Assembly (NCBI GenBank): GCA_048887225.1
Contig: JBHLJY010000007.1
Coordinates: 62,021-126,020 of the forward strand
Direction: 5' to 3'
Origin: Candidatus Hodarchaeota archaeon
GTDB lineage: Archaea > Asgardarchaeota > Lokiarchaeia > Sigyniarchaeales > SOKP01
DNA: 64,000 nt
Shown here piece by piece: positions 31,980-42,300 of this stretch; positions within the stretch are counted from its first letter, which is position 1; every line of letters begins with the position of its first letter. The notes beneath the pieces are model-generated. The model made no database searches, was not told the origin of the DNA, and saw nothing but the letters and a program-made list of their open reading frames with translations. The translations under genes were made by a program, and so were the position numbers.

Positions 31980-32615
31980 TTAGTATAATATAAAATATGT
32001 GTTATTTGTACTATTGTAAGCAACTATTTTATCTTTAAGAAGACTTTTTATAACGCTCTCTAACCAACGCTCACTAGTTTTTACTTGTTTTTTAATATCG
32101 TTATAACTTAGTTGATCATTCGTAGCTAATAAGAATAAGATTCTGCTTTTAATAGTTAATTGGTTTGAACTTAGTACTCTATCAATTCTTTTTTCTAAAT
32201 CATAGAGTCTCATCTTCAAATCTGCGACCTCATTACTTAATTTAGCAATGACCTCATCTCTAGTTCTAAAGACATTTAAACTGAATTTAAATCTCCTTTC
32301 TAATTGTTCCTTTAAATCCTCTTCATTTTCATATTTATCAAGATCTTTGTTGAATTCTTCAAGAACGATTAGATAATCGTTGCCTTCATCAAATTTGTCT
32401 AATACAAGAACAATCACTATTTCTTTTTTGGAATTATAAAAGGAAACTGAATTCCATTCTTTCTCTTCCGTTATGATATACGATTCCGTAAAATTATGAG
32501 AAATTTGAATTTGTTGTACTACGCTATCAGGAATATTGAGATCCCCTGGAAACTTCAAATAAATTGTTCCACCAATTACCTCATCCCACTTTATTAGGAA
32601 GATTCCTTTAGGTAT
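31980..32615 (-). CDS. Longin/uDENN-like N-terminal domain plus coiled coil plus wHTH; probable ATA start at 32615
   Basis: Frame open upstream of the track start (PKGIFLIKWDEVIGGTIYLKFP), GGTGA RBS 6 nt before ATA, C-terminal helix-turn-helix-wing pattern. Confidence 0.65.
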   Translation of the reverse strand: MPKGIFLIKWDEVIGGTIYLKFPGDLNIPDSVVQQIQISHNFTESYIITEEKEWNSVSFYNSKKEIVIVLVLDKFDEGNDYLIVLEEFNKDLDKYENEEDLKEQLERRFKFSLNVFRTRDEVIAKLSNEVADLKMRLYDLEKRIDRVLSSNQLTIKSRILFLLATNDQLSYNDIKKQVKTSERWLESVIKSLLKDKIVAYNSTNNTYFILY

Positions 32616-32795
32616 TATCTTTCACCAATAAATTTAATATATAATTTTAAAAATAAACTTTTATGACTTAATAATAATCGTATTGTATTTTCTTTATATT
32701 TTTATTTGAAATTTTTTAAGAAAAATAGTTCATTAAGTAAGATTATCTAAAAAAATATATATGACAAATTCGATTTCTTAAATAGAGGATTCTTT

Positions 32796-33065
32796 ATGTC
32801 TGTTTATTACGTCTATATCTTAGAAACAGTAACTAATAACGGTAAAAAAGGCTATTATACTGGATATACTAATGATTTATTTAGAAGATGGAATCAACAT
32901 CGAAATGGGACTGGGGCTAAATATTGTCGAGGTAAAAAAAAAGTTGAATTAAAGTATTTTGAAACCTATACAAATAGAAAAGAAGCTATGAGACGTGAAT
33001 TAGAAATTAAGTCTTTTTCAAGGCAAAAGAAATCAGAATTAATTAAGAACTTCATTTATAGCTGA
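32796..33065 (+). CDS. GIY-YIG nuclease (UPF0213-like)
   Basis: YYVYIL...YTGYT.DL.RR..QH..G.GAKY, A.RRE..IK. Confidence 0.9.
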   Translation: MSVYYVYILETVTNNGKKGYYTGYTNDLFRRWNQHRNGTGAKYCRGKKKVELKYFETYTNRKEAMRRELEIKSFSRQKKSELIKNFIYS

Positions 33066-33073
33066 TTTAATCG

Positions 33074-33874
33074 TTGGAAAAAGATAACTTTTTGATTTGT
33101 TTAGCTGGGTTACCAGCATCGGGTAAATCTAATTTTGCTAATAAGTTGAGAGAATTATTAGAGAAAAGATTTAATAATTTGAAGGTAAAAATTATAGATC
33201 CAGATAAGATTAGGGAGAATATAGTTCCAGGTGAATTTGATTATAATAAAGAACAAATAGTTCGAAACAAAAACTTAGAATCTGTAAAAAAGGAACTGGA
33301 TTCAGGTTTCATCGTTATTAACGATGATTTAAATTATTACACCAGTATGAGACACGATTTGAAAGAAATTGCTGAAAATTTGGGTCTGAAATATTTCATA
33401 ATTCATATATCGACACCACTTGAAATTTGCATAAAATGGAATGAAGAGAGAGGTAAACCAATTCCAAACAGCGTGATTCTTAATATAAGTCAAAAATTTG
33501 ACGAATTTGGTAAATATAATTGGGATATTCCTATAGCAAATTACGATCTCTCTAAATTGAAAGATTTAAATCAATCAATTGAAAAATTGATTAATACCTT
33601 TATTCAAAACTTAAAACTCTTGAAAATTAGAACAGAAAAAAAAGAAATTGTTCAGCAAAGTTTAAGTCTGGATAATGAAAAATTAGATAGAATAACGAGA
33701 AAGATAGTTGGAGATTTATTAAGAACTCCTAAATATCGCTCTTTAAAGAATAAAATTATAAAATATCGAAAAATGTATGTGAAAAAGAGAGCAAATACAG
33801 TTTTAAGTGAATCTGATATTATAAAAACTTTTAAGCAATATTTAGAGAAGAGTTTAAACATTAAAATTTCCTAA
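33074..33874 (+). CDS. pstK: O-phosphoseryl-tRNA(Sec) kinase (PSTK/Kti12 family)
   Basis: GLPASGKS, D.IRE, DD.NYY.SMR, N..R...IP, KFD..G.Y.WD. Confidence 0.8.
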   Translation: MEKDNFLICLAGLPASGKSNFANKLRELLEKRFNNLKVKIIDPDKIRENIVPGEFDYNKEQIVRNKNLESVKKELDSGFIVINDDLNYYTSMRHDLKEIAENLGLKYFIIHISTPLEICIKWNEERGKPIPNSVILNISQKFDEFGKYNWDIPIANYDLSKLKDLNQSIEKLINTFIQNLKLLKIRTEKKEIVQQSLSLDNEKLDRITRKIVGDLLRTPKYRSLKNKIIKYRKMYVKKRANTVLSESDIIKTFKQYLEKSLNIKIS

Positions 33875-33995
33875 GAATTCTTTGAGTAGAATGTTATTAA
33901 AAATAAAGAAAAAGAAAATAAACCATTAATTCCTTTAAATACTTGGATTAAAATATTTTATATATTAGTACATCAAATTTCAATCAAAATCGAAA

Positions 33996-36272
33996 ATGAC
34001 ACAAGAAAAAAAGGCAATAAAATTAAGAATAGAAAGATTAGAAAAAAATCGTAGCGGGCGCAGTTTATGTTATGTGGACCAAGATGCTATCAACCAGTTA
34101 GGTTTATCTACAGGTGATATAATTGAAATTAGAGGTAAAAAAAAGACCACAGGAATAGTTGTGGCCAGTGTAGCTGATAAAGGTAAAGGTATTATTAGGA
34201 TAGATGGGATTCAAAGGCTAAACGCAGGTGCCACTATCGGAGAGTATGTTACCATACAATTAGCAGAAGTTTTTGCTGCAGAAGAGATCGTTTTGACTCC
34301 CACGAGACCAAATATTGATATGAAAAGACAAGCTGAAGCAATAAAGGGTAAATTGATTGATAAACCTGTGGTAATCGGAGATATTGTTGATGTATTAGGA
34401 GCATTCGTGCAAAGGGATGATCCTGATAATCCTATGGCCGAAATCATGAAAATGTTTCCTTTTTTCAAAGGTGGAGGAAGGCGTCCTACATTAGGAACTT
34501 TAAGGCTTATTGTAGAAAATACTAGACCTTCGGGTAAAGTAGTTCGAATTACGCGTAATAGCAAAATAAAAGTAAACAAACGGGTTGCTGTATTAAATGT
34601 CTCAGGAGAAATTGTAACCTACGATGATGTAGGGGGTTTAAGTGATGAAATTCAGAGGATAAGAGAGATGGTCGAATTGCCTTTAAAGCATCCAGAACTT
34701 TTTCACAGGCTAAATATTGATCCTCCTAAGGGAGTTCTTTTCTATGGACCATCTGGAACGGGAAAAACTTTATTAGCTAAAGCTGTATCTCAAGAATCAA
34801 ACGCTTATTTCATAACCATCAACGGTCCAGAAATTATGAGTAAATTTTATGGGGCAAGCGAAGGGAGACTTCGAGATATTTTTACAGAAGCTGAAGATAA
34901 TGCTCCATCAATAATTTTTATAGATGAAATTGATTCTATCGCGCCAAAAAGACAAGATGTCACTGGAGAAGTTGAAAGGCGTGTTGTTTCTCAGCTGCTT
35001 TCTTTACTGGATGGACTAAGAGCGAGAGGAGAAGTAATTTGCGTTGGAGCTACTAATAGAATAAATTCACTTGATCAAGCATTAAGACGACCAGGTAGAT
35101 TTGACCGTGAAATTGAATTTGGGGTACCTAATGTGAAAGGTAGAAAAGAGATATTTCAAATCCACACTAGGGGTATGCCTATTGAGCCAGATGTAGACCT
35201 TGACCATTATTCAGAAATAACTCATGGTTTTGTAGGCGCTGATATTATGGCAATAAGTAGAGAAGCAGCTATGCTTTCATTAAGAAGGATTTTGCCTAAA
35301 ATAAATTTAGATGAGCCCATACCTAGTGAAATAATTCAAGAATTAAAAATTAAAGACGAAGATTTTGTGCAAGCTATCAATATGATAGAGCCATCAGCAA
35401 TGCGGGAAGTTATGATTGAGATCCCTAACGTGCTTTGGGAAGATATTGGGGGGTTAACGGAGATAAAACAGGAGTTGAAAGAAGCTGTTGAATGGCCATT
35501 AATGTATCCAAAATTATTCAAGAAAGCGGGGATACGCCCTCTCAATGGAATATTATTATTTGGTCCACCAGGGTGCGGAAAAACATTATTAGCAAAAGCA
35601 GTTGCAACAGAAACTAAATCTAATTTTATTACTGTAAAAGGACCTGAAATTTTTTCTAAATGGGTAGGAGAAAGCGAAAGATCTGTAAGAGAAATCTTTA
35701 GAAAAGCTCGACAGGCAGCACCTTCTATAGTTTATTTCGATGAAATTGATGCAATTAGTTCTGATAGAGGTGAATATCAAGGAACACATATTTATGATTC
35801 GATAGTCAATCAAATTCTTGTTGAAATGGATGGTATCGAAAATAGAAAAGGGATTGTGGTTATAGCAAGTACGAATAGACCTGATTTAGTAGATCCAGCG
35901 TTATTAAGGCCGGGAAGGTTTGATAGATTATTATTTGTGACTGCACCTGATTATGATGCAAGGATTAAAATCTTAAAAGTTCATACTAAAAATATGCCAT
36001 TAACTAAAGATATTTCCTTGAAAAAAATTGCTCAAATTACTGAGGGTTATAGCGGAGCCGATTTAGAAAATTTATGCCGTGAGGCGGGGATGAATGCTAT
36101 TAGAGAAAAAATGACAGATTTAGAAAAAATCGAATGGAAACATTTTGAAAAAGCAATGGAAAAAATTAAATCGACATTATCTAAAGAAGTTGTTGAAAGG
36201 CACGAACAGTTGGCTAAACAAATAACTGAATCTCGTAATATAAGAGATACATCCGCAGATCTTTATAAATAA
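33996..36272 (+). CDS. cdc48: Cdc48/VCP(p97)-like double AAA ATPase
   Basis: N domain plus two AAA modules (GPSGTGKT / IFIDEID and GPPGCGKT / YFDEID), RPGRFDR twice. Confidence 0.97.
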   Translation: MTQEKKAIKLRIERLEKNRSGRSLCYVDQDAINQLGLSTGDIIEIRGKKKTTGIVVASVADKGKGIIRIDGIQRLNAGATIGEYVTIQLAEVFAAEEIVLTPTRPNIDMKRQAEAIKGKLIDKPVVIGDIVDVLGAFVQRDDPDNPMAEIMKMFPFFKGGGRRPTLGTLRLIVENTRPSGKVVRITRNSKIKVNKRVAVLNVSGEIVTYDDVGGLSDEIQRIREMVELPLKHPELFHRLNIDPPKGVLFYGPSGTGKTLLAKAVSQESNAYFITINGPEIMSKFYGASEGRLRDIFTEAEDNAPSIIFIDEIDSIAPKRQDVTGEVERRVVSQLLSLLDGLRARGEVICVGATNRINSLDQALRRPGRFDREIEFGVPNVKGRKEIFQIHTRGMPIEPDVDLDHYSEITHGFVGADIMAISREAAMLSLRRILPKINLDEPIPSEIIQELKIKDEDFVQAINMIEPSAMREVMIEIPNVLWEDIGGLTEIKQELKEAVEWPLMYPKLFKKAGIRPLNGILLFGPPGCGKTLLAKAVATETKSNFITVKGPEIFSKWVGESERSVREIFRKARQAAPSIVYFDEIDAISSDRGEYQGTHIYDSIVNQILVEMDGIENRKGIVVIASTNRPDLVDPALLRPGRFDRLLFVTAPDYDARIKILKVHTKNMPLTKDISLKKIAQITEGYSGADLENLCREAGMNAIREKMTDLEKIEWKHFEKAMEKIKSTLSKEVVERHEQLAKQITESRNIRDTSADLYK

Positions 36273-36416
36273 ATTGAATTTAAATTATGTATTAATAATA
36301 ATTCTTCATTTTTTTAACACTTTTGAAGGTTTATTTTAAAATCTTCACCATAGAAAATGTTTATATAAAACATCATCAAAGTTAGAGTAATTAAAAAAAT
36401 TTTAGAGTTACTTTCT

Positions 36417-37616
36417 GTGAGTGAAGTAAAGATTGATTGGGAAGGTCACGTAAAAAAATATCAAGCCGCTATGGAAGAACTTAACCTTGATTTCTGCGTT
36501 TTGACTCGTATTAAATCCATTACTTACCTTTCTGGTTGTTTCGTTCCATGGAAAAGTGTAATTTTCCTACCCAAGGAGGGGGTGGGTGAGCCAATATTAT
36601 TCACTGTACTTTTAGATGTAGAACGAATCAAGGCCGAGGGGAAGATTGAAACCCAGGGCTGGGGGCCAATGAAAGGTTTTTATTGGGAGAAAAAAATACA
36701 ATCTGCTGCCAAAAAATCCGGTCTATTCAAACCAAAAGGAACTCCACCTCGAATTGGTGTTGAACTCGGGTTAGATATTTGTGTTACGGGACAAATGCTT
36801 TCTTATTCAGAGGCAGAACTTCTTAGAAAAGTATTCCCTGGATGTGAATTGATTGATTTTAACGATAAAACAGAGCGGATTCAATTAATTAAAGAACCTG
36901 AAGAAATAGCTATGCTACGTAAAGCAAGTGAAATAACAGATATAGGTCAAAAGGCCGTGAAAAAAGCTTTGAGTGAACGACCATCTGGGAAAGTTTTCAC
37001 AGAAAATGAAATTGCTGGTATTGGTACATTAGCGATGAGGAAAGCTGGAAGTAATTACGAATGGACTTTCACTGGAAATCAAGAGATTGGATCAGGATAT
37101 AGAGCAAGTTGGACATTTAATGGATGTACACCTGCTACAAATAAGCAAGTTAAAGAAGGTGAGTCATTATTAGTAGACTTACACAGTGAAATTGGCTGCT
37201 ATCTCGGTGATCTTAGTCATAATTATGTTCTTGGAAAGTGTCATCCTGGATTAAAGACCTTTAACAATATATACGAACAATTATGTTATACTCTCATAGA
37301 TAATATGGTTGTTGGTAATACTTTTGAGGAATGTTATAATGAAGTGCGAAAAGTGGCCGATAAAGCAGGATTTGGGAATGATTTATTTTTCGGGCTAGGG
37401 CATGGAATAGGTTGTATAGGAAACGAATCATGGCCAGTTGTAGTACCTGGGAAAGAATGGGGACCCATGGTGTTTGAAGAGAATATGGTAGAAATTGCTG
37501 CAGTCGTTTTTAATAAACCAGGGCTAGGAGGATTGAGGTTAGAATCACCAACATTTTTAACGAATAAGGGTGCTGAAGTCCTCCCGAAGACGCCATTTGA
37601 AGTAGATTACATATAA
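36417..37616 (+). CDS. M24 family (Xaa-Pro peptidase/creatinase-like) hydrolase
   Basis: IK.PEEI..LRKA..ITD, D..........D, GHGIG, GGLRLES. Confidence 0.82.
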   Translation: MSEVKIDWEGHVKKYQAAMEELNLDFCVLTRIKSITYLSGCFVPWKSVIFLPKEGVGEPILFTVLLDVERIKAEGKIETQGWGPMKGFYWEKKIQSAAKKSGLFKPKGTPPRIGVELGLDICVTGQMLSYSEAELLRKVFPGCELIDFNDKTERIQLIKEPEEIAMLRKASEITDIGQKAVKKALSERPSGKVFTENEIAGIGTLAMRKAGSNYEWTFTGNQEIGSGYRASWTFNGCTPATNKQVKEGESLLVDLHSEIGCYLGDLSHNYVLGKCHPGLKTFNNIYEQLCYTLIDNMVVGNTFEECYNEVRKVADKAGFGNDLFFGLGHGIGCIGNESWPVVVPGKEWGPMVFEENMVEIAAVVFNKPGLGGLRLESPTFLTNKGAEVLPKTPFEVDYI

Positions 37617-37634
37617 ATTTCTTTTTTATATTAA

Positions 37635-38798
37635 CTATAATTCTTTCACAAAACTTTCGATTCTATCCATAGCTTCCCTAAGTTTGCCAACATCAATTGC
37701 ATAAGAAATTCTTAACTTATCAGCTGAGAAAGAACCAAAAATATCTCCTGGAACGATTGCTACTCCTTTTTCCTTAATAATTTTTCTTGAAAACTCTTGA
37801 CTGCCTATTTGAAAGTTTTTTATAGAGGGCATAATATAAAATGCACCACGAGGTTTAAGAACATCAAAACCAATCTCTTTTAATCTATTATATGCTAAAA
37901 GCCGTCTTTCGTCGAATCTCTTTAAAATCTCATCGAAAAAGCTAATATCCATTTTTAATGCTTCTACAAAACCATATTGAGCAGCGTGATTTGTACCCGC
38001 AATTGTATATTGGAGGTATTTTTCCATTAGATCAATAATTTCTTTATTAGCTGCAACATATCCCAGCCTAAAACCCGTAGCGGAGTACAGTTTACTCATT
38101 GCGTTAAGTGTCACTGTTCTCTCAAACATATCATTAAGTGATGCCGGACTAATATGCACCAAATCCTCGTAAATATAATTCTCATATACCTCATCGCTTA
38201 TCAAATATAAATCGTGTTCAAGTACCATCTCAACGATCTCTTCTAATTCTCTTTTTTCTAACACATAACCAGTTGGATTATTCGGCGAATTAATAAGGAT
38301 TGCCTTGGTTTTATTAGAAATTGATGCTTTCATTTCCTCGATATTTAGACTAAAGTCTGAATTACGCTCAATTTCAACAACTTTTACACCAAAAAAAGAA
38401 CTGCAATAGAAATACGACACGAAATTAGGTGATGAAAGAATTAACTCGTCACCGGGATTAAATATCGATGCAAACGTAAGAGTAATGGCGTTTGAGCCCC
38501 CATTACATAAGATAATATTTTCTTTCCAATTTATTTTAATATTATTATTTTTTTCTAACTTCTTTTCAAGCAGTTCTAATAGCTTTGGAATTCCTCTCGT
38601 TGGAGCATACATCGTGATGTTTTTTTTTAGCGCTTCAATATTACCTTGTATTGCTGGCTGAGGTGTGGGAAAATCAGGTTGACCAATACCAAGGCTAATA
38701 ACATCAGAGCGCCCAGCCGCAAGATCAAATAGTTCCCTAATCTTGGATTTTGGAGCTGCAATTACTCTTTGAGATAGGTCTTTCATAATATATATCAC
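37635..38798 (-). CDS. Class I/II PLP aminotransferase (AspAT-like)
   Basis: GQPDF.TP, NSPNNPTG, SDEVY, SK.YSATGFRLG, RISY. Confidence 0.93.
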   Translation of the reverse strand: MIYIMKDLSQRVIAAPKSKIRELFDLAAGRSDVISLGIGQPDFPTPQPAIQGNIEALKKNITMYAPTRGIPKLLELLEKKLEKNNNIKINWKENIILCNGGSNAITLTFASIFNPGDELILSSPNFVSYFYCSSFFGVKVVEIERNSDFSLNIEEMKASISNKTKAILINSPNNPTGYVLEKRELEEIVEMVLEHDLYLISDEVYENYIYEDLVHISPASLNDMFERTVTLNAMSKLYSATGFRLGYVAANKEIIDLMEKYLQYTIAGTNHAAQYGFVEALKMDISFFDEILKRFDERRLLAYNRLKEIGFDVLKPRGAFYIMPSIKNFQIGSQEFSRKIIKEKGVAIVPGDIFGSFSADKLRISYAIDVGKLREAMDRIESFVKEL

Positions 38799-38878
38799 TG
38801 ACTTAATTATTTTTAAATAATTTTGTCTTTAAAGAATAAATATATAAAAAGAGTTATTAGTCAAATTACAAAATTTAA

Positions 38879-39427
38879 CTAAGCCTTTTTACCCAATTTG
38901 TTTAAAATATTATGGACCAGATTTTCAAAAGCCTTTTCTACATTCTCGCCATATTTTGCGGAAGTTTCTATGAAATCACTCGCATTAATTTCGCTCCCAA
39001 AACTACTACCCTCCTCTGTTGACACTACTCGCTGTTCCGATAAATCAGTCTTGTTTCCAATTAAAATATAAGTCCCTTCTTTTTTAACATATTTATTGAA
39101 ATCCCGCAACCATTTAGAATTAATTGTCTCAAAAGTAGCACGTCTAGTTATGTCATAAACTAATAACGCTCCAACGCATCCTTGGAAATACATTGAGCGA
39201 ATTACATTATATTTTTCTTGTCCAGCAAGGTCCCACATTATAAGGCGAACATTAGCATTAATTTTTTCCAAATGCATATCCTTTCTAATTATGTTCGCCC
39301 CAAGCGTAGGTTTATAATCTTCCTGAAACGAATGTTCTATATACTGGTTAATTAGAGATGTTTTACCTACAGCTGCATCTCCCAAAACCACTATTTTGAA
39401 CACGAATTCTTTAACTTCTTCCGACAT
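38879..39427 (-). CDS. Rab-like small GTPase
   Basis: GDAAVGKT, PTLGA, WDLAGQEKY, GNKTD, TSAK. Confidence 0.93.
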   Translation of the reverse strand: MSEEVKEFVFKIVVLGDAAVGKTSLINQYIEHSFQEDYKPTLGANIIRKDMHLEKINANVRLIMWDLAGQEKYNVIRSMYFQGCVGALLVYDITRRATFETINSKWLRDFNKYVKKEGTYILIGNKTDLSEQRVVSTEEGSSFGSEINASDFIETSAKYGENVEKAFENLVHNILNKLGKKA

Positions 39428-39475
39428 TTTTAATATCTCTATCCTTGTAATTATTATATTTTTTTTATTCTTTAT

Positions 39476-40033
39476 TTATTTTTTCCATATTAATTTCAAA
39501 ATATATGGTTTATGAGTAAGATCTGGTATCTTTTCATCTTCATTTGTATAAATAACTCTTCTATTGTCTGGTATCGCTTTTTTTAAAGAAGTGACGAGAA
39601 AACCAGTGAATAAATTGCATGGAACTCCAACCTCACTGCAAAAAATACAATTTTGAATTTCAACTGTAACAGAATTTTTTCCTTGATCTATTATTCGAAC
39701 GGCCCAATTTGTTTTAATTAATACGTTAATTTCTTGAATTATTTCTTCAAAAGGTTTTCCCCAGGGAAAAAGATAAAAAGCAAATTTTTTACCGACTTCA
39801 TATTGAAGTCTGTAACATCCGTATAACAATAATTCTTGAGCTTTGATGATTTTCTTAAAAGATAAAAAATCTATCGTATCGTTTGGATCTACATTTTTGT
39901 TATCTTTTATCTTTAACATATCAGCTTCTCTTAACACAGATTTCATTCCATCGTAATCAAGAATATCTAAATAAGCTTGCAATAGAGCCGTAACAACCTT
40001 GTTTTTTACTTCCTCTTTATATTCGCCTACTAT
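39476..40033 (-). CDS. V4R-like protein; probable ATA start at 40033
   Basis: E.GKKF, V.I.NC.FC.....PC.LF.GFL pattern; frame open upstream to an ATA 6 nt after GGTGA. Confidence 0.65.
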   Translation of the reverse strand: MVGEYKEEVKNKVVTALLQAYLDILDYDGMKSVLREADMLKIKDNKNVDPNDTIDFLSFKKIIKAQELLLYGCYRLQYEVGKKFAFYLFPWGKPFEEIIQEINVLIKTNWAVRIIDQGKNSVTVEIQNCIFCSEVGVPCNLFTGFLVTSLKKAIPDNRRVIYTNEDEKIPDLTHKPYILKLIWKK

Positions 40034-40081
40034 TAAAGTTCACCAATTATTAATATTGCAATCAACAAAATTTAATCCCAT

Positions 40082-40618
40082 TTAAATTTTCACTCCATAA
40101 TTACTTAAAATGTTATAGGCTAAATTTAAAAACGCTTTTTCAACGTTTTTTCCAGTTTTGGCACTTGTTTCTATGAATTCAATTGCTTTAATTCGCTCCG
40201 CCATGTTATGAGCATCATCTTTAAAAACATATCTTTGCTCTTCTAAATCGGCTTTGTTTCCAATTAAAATATATGATCCCTCTTTTTCGACATGGTTTTT
40301 ATAATCTGTAAGCCACTTATACTCAACATTTTCAAAGGAAGAATATCTAGTAATATCGTAAACTAATAACGCTCCTGCGCATCCTTCATAATATGCACCC
40401 CTAGTTTTTTCATATTGTTCTTGTCCAGCAATATCCCAGAGAATTAAACGAGCATTGGAATTAATTTGCTCTAATTTGATGGTTTTCATGATTAAATTCA
40501 CGCCCATAGTTGCTTTGTAATCTTCTTTAAACCTTTCCTCTACAAATTGGTTTACTAATGATGTTTTCCCAACTCCAGTGTCTCCTAATACTGCAAGTTT
40601 TAATACGTAGTCTGACAT
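40082..40618 (-). CDS. Rab-like small GTPase
   Basis: GDTGVGKT, TMGV, WDIAGQ, GNKAD, TSAK. Confidence 0.93.
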   Translation of the reverse strand: MSDYVLKLAVLGDTGVGKTSLVNQFVEERFKEDYKATMGVNLIMKTIKLEQINSNARLILWDIAGQEQYEKTRGAYYEGCAGALLVYDITRYSSFENVEYKWLTDYKNHVEKEGSYILIGNKADLEEQRYVFKDDAHNMAERIKAIEFIETSAKTGKNVEKAFLNLAYNILSNYGVKI

Positions 40619-40640
40619 TTTATCTTCCTTTTTTCTTTAT

Positions 40641-41069
40641 TTAAAGATCTAAAAGAGATAATCCAAATTGTGGATCAACAGCACGATTTAATTTTTGACC
40701 AATTTCATAAATATAAACTTCTCCAGTAATGGAAACGATTGATGGTGTACTTAAATGACCCCCAATAATATTATAATCCTCTCTACCAACTGATACATGG
40801 ATATGTATTATTGGTTCTCCATCCTTATAAGAAATATTTCCCATGCAAGAAATTAATTCAACATTTTCTTCAAAAGTTTTAAAATTATATTTTTTTTCCT
40901 TAATATTAAAATATCCGATTGTGAATTTTTTAAAAGCTCCAATAACGTTGATTAATCCGGCTTTAATATTATATTTTTTAACAATTTCTTTTATAGCATC
41001 AATTAAATCCTCATCAGCCATTACTCTCGCAACAATAACCCTACCGATATTTGTTTCGATACTTTTCAT
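40641..41069 (-). CDS. PPC/DUF296 domain protein
   Basis: EL.SC.GNI, HIHVS, GGHL motifs. Confidence 0.9.
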   Translation of the reverse strand: MKSIETNIGRVIVARVMADEDLIDAIKEIVKKYNIKAGLINVIGAFKKFTIGYFNIKEKKYNFKTFEENVELISCMGNISYKDGEPIIHIHVSVGREDYNIIGGHLSTPSIVSITGEVYIYEIGQKLNRAVDPQFGLSLLDL

Positions 41070-41306
41070 TTTTTTAGAAAGATCTATCAGATTTTTTAGC
41101 GTTTATATTCAAGGAATACTTAAAATTACTATAAAATTCTTTAAATCCAATGTTTTTTATATTTTTTTTATAATTTTACTTTTATTTATAGATTTGGTTT
41201 TTTATAATGACATGAATTGTTATTACTATTTTTTTCTAAGAGTAAAAAATTAATTATTCTGATTTTTATATAATTTAACAATCAATGAATTTGTAATATT
41301 TTAATT

Positions 41307-42203
41307 ATGAGCGAAAAGGTCACGATTTCTGGCGTTGAATTGAAGTTAACCGAGCCTGCTGAAGTTGATATGGCGTGGGTTGGTAATGAAGATATAATTA
41401 ATGAATTAAAAGCGGCATGGATGGTTGTTGATGAGAAAGAGGATCTCCCACTAAATCCTAGAATATTAGGAAAACCTGGAGTGGGAAAAACAACGCTTGC
41501 ATATGCTACTGGTAAATTGTTAAATAAGTATGTTTATATATTTCAGTGTACAATGGACACCAGACCAGAGGATCTTTTAATTAGCCCGGTTATTTCCTCT
41601 GATAATAAAATTGCTTATGTTGCTAGTTCGTTAGTGTCTGCTATGATTAAAGGAGGTGTATGTCTTTTGGACGAAGGGAATCGTATGAGCGAGAAAAGCT
41701 GGGCCTCTTTAGCTCCATTGATGGACAAGCGACGTTACGTGGACTCGATAATAGCAGGTATAAGAATTTATGCTCATCCCGATTTTCGCTTATGTGTTAC
41801 TATGAATAGCGACAGTAGCACCTATGAAGTCCCAGAATATATTCAATCTCGTCTACAACCTAAAGTTTATATCGATTTTCCCAATAGAGTTGACGAATTA
41901 AAAATTTTAAAATATAATTTACCGTTTGCTTCAGATAAAATTTTGGAATATTGTGTAGATTTTCTCCAGAATGCACATATTCACGATGAGCCATTTACGG
42001 TAAGAGAAGGCATAAATATTGTAAGGTATTACGTTAAAACTCGGTCTTTAAACGGAAAAGATAAAATTACTTTAAATAAAAAAGAATTCAAAAGTTCTAT
42101 TGCACACATTTTAGAAGAAAGTTCGAAAAGATATTGTCCCGATGAATATGAGGAATTTTTAGAAAAGCAAAAAGAAGAATTTTCAGATCGTCTCCTATTT
42201 TAA
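41307..42203 (+). CDS. MoxR/CbbQ-like AAA+ ATPase
   Basis: GKPGVGKT, CLLDEGNR, HPDFRL.VTMN, SR arginine finger. Confidence 0.88.
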   Translation: MSEKVTISGVELKLTEPAEVDMAWVGNEDIINELKAAWMVVDEKEDLPLNPRILGKPGVGKTTLAYATGKLLNKYVYIFQCTMDTRPEDLLISPVISSDNKIAYVASSLVSAMIKGGVCLLDEGNRMSEKSWASLAPLMDKRRYVDSIIAGIRIYAHPDFRLCVTMNSDSSTYEVPEYIQSRLQPKVYIDFPNRVDELKILKYNLPFASDKILEYCVDFLQNAHIHDEPFTVREGINIVRYYVKTRSLNGKDKITLNKKEFKSSIAHILEESSKRYCPDEYEEFLEKQKEEFSDRLLF

Positions 42204-42300
42204 ATAAATTTTTAATATTTTATAATCATTGGACTAAAAAAGATTTAAAAATTAAATTACAAAATATAACACAACTAAAAATAAGACGTGATAATAAGAA

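Noticed and set aside
32796-33065. GIY-YIG protein as a homing endonuclease or mobile element
   Set aside because: Short stand-alone UPF0213-type protein in an operon with pstK; no intron, intein or flanking repeats
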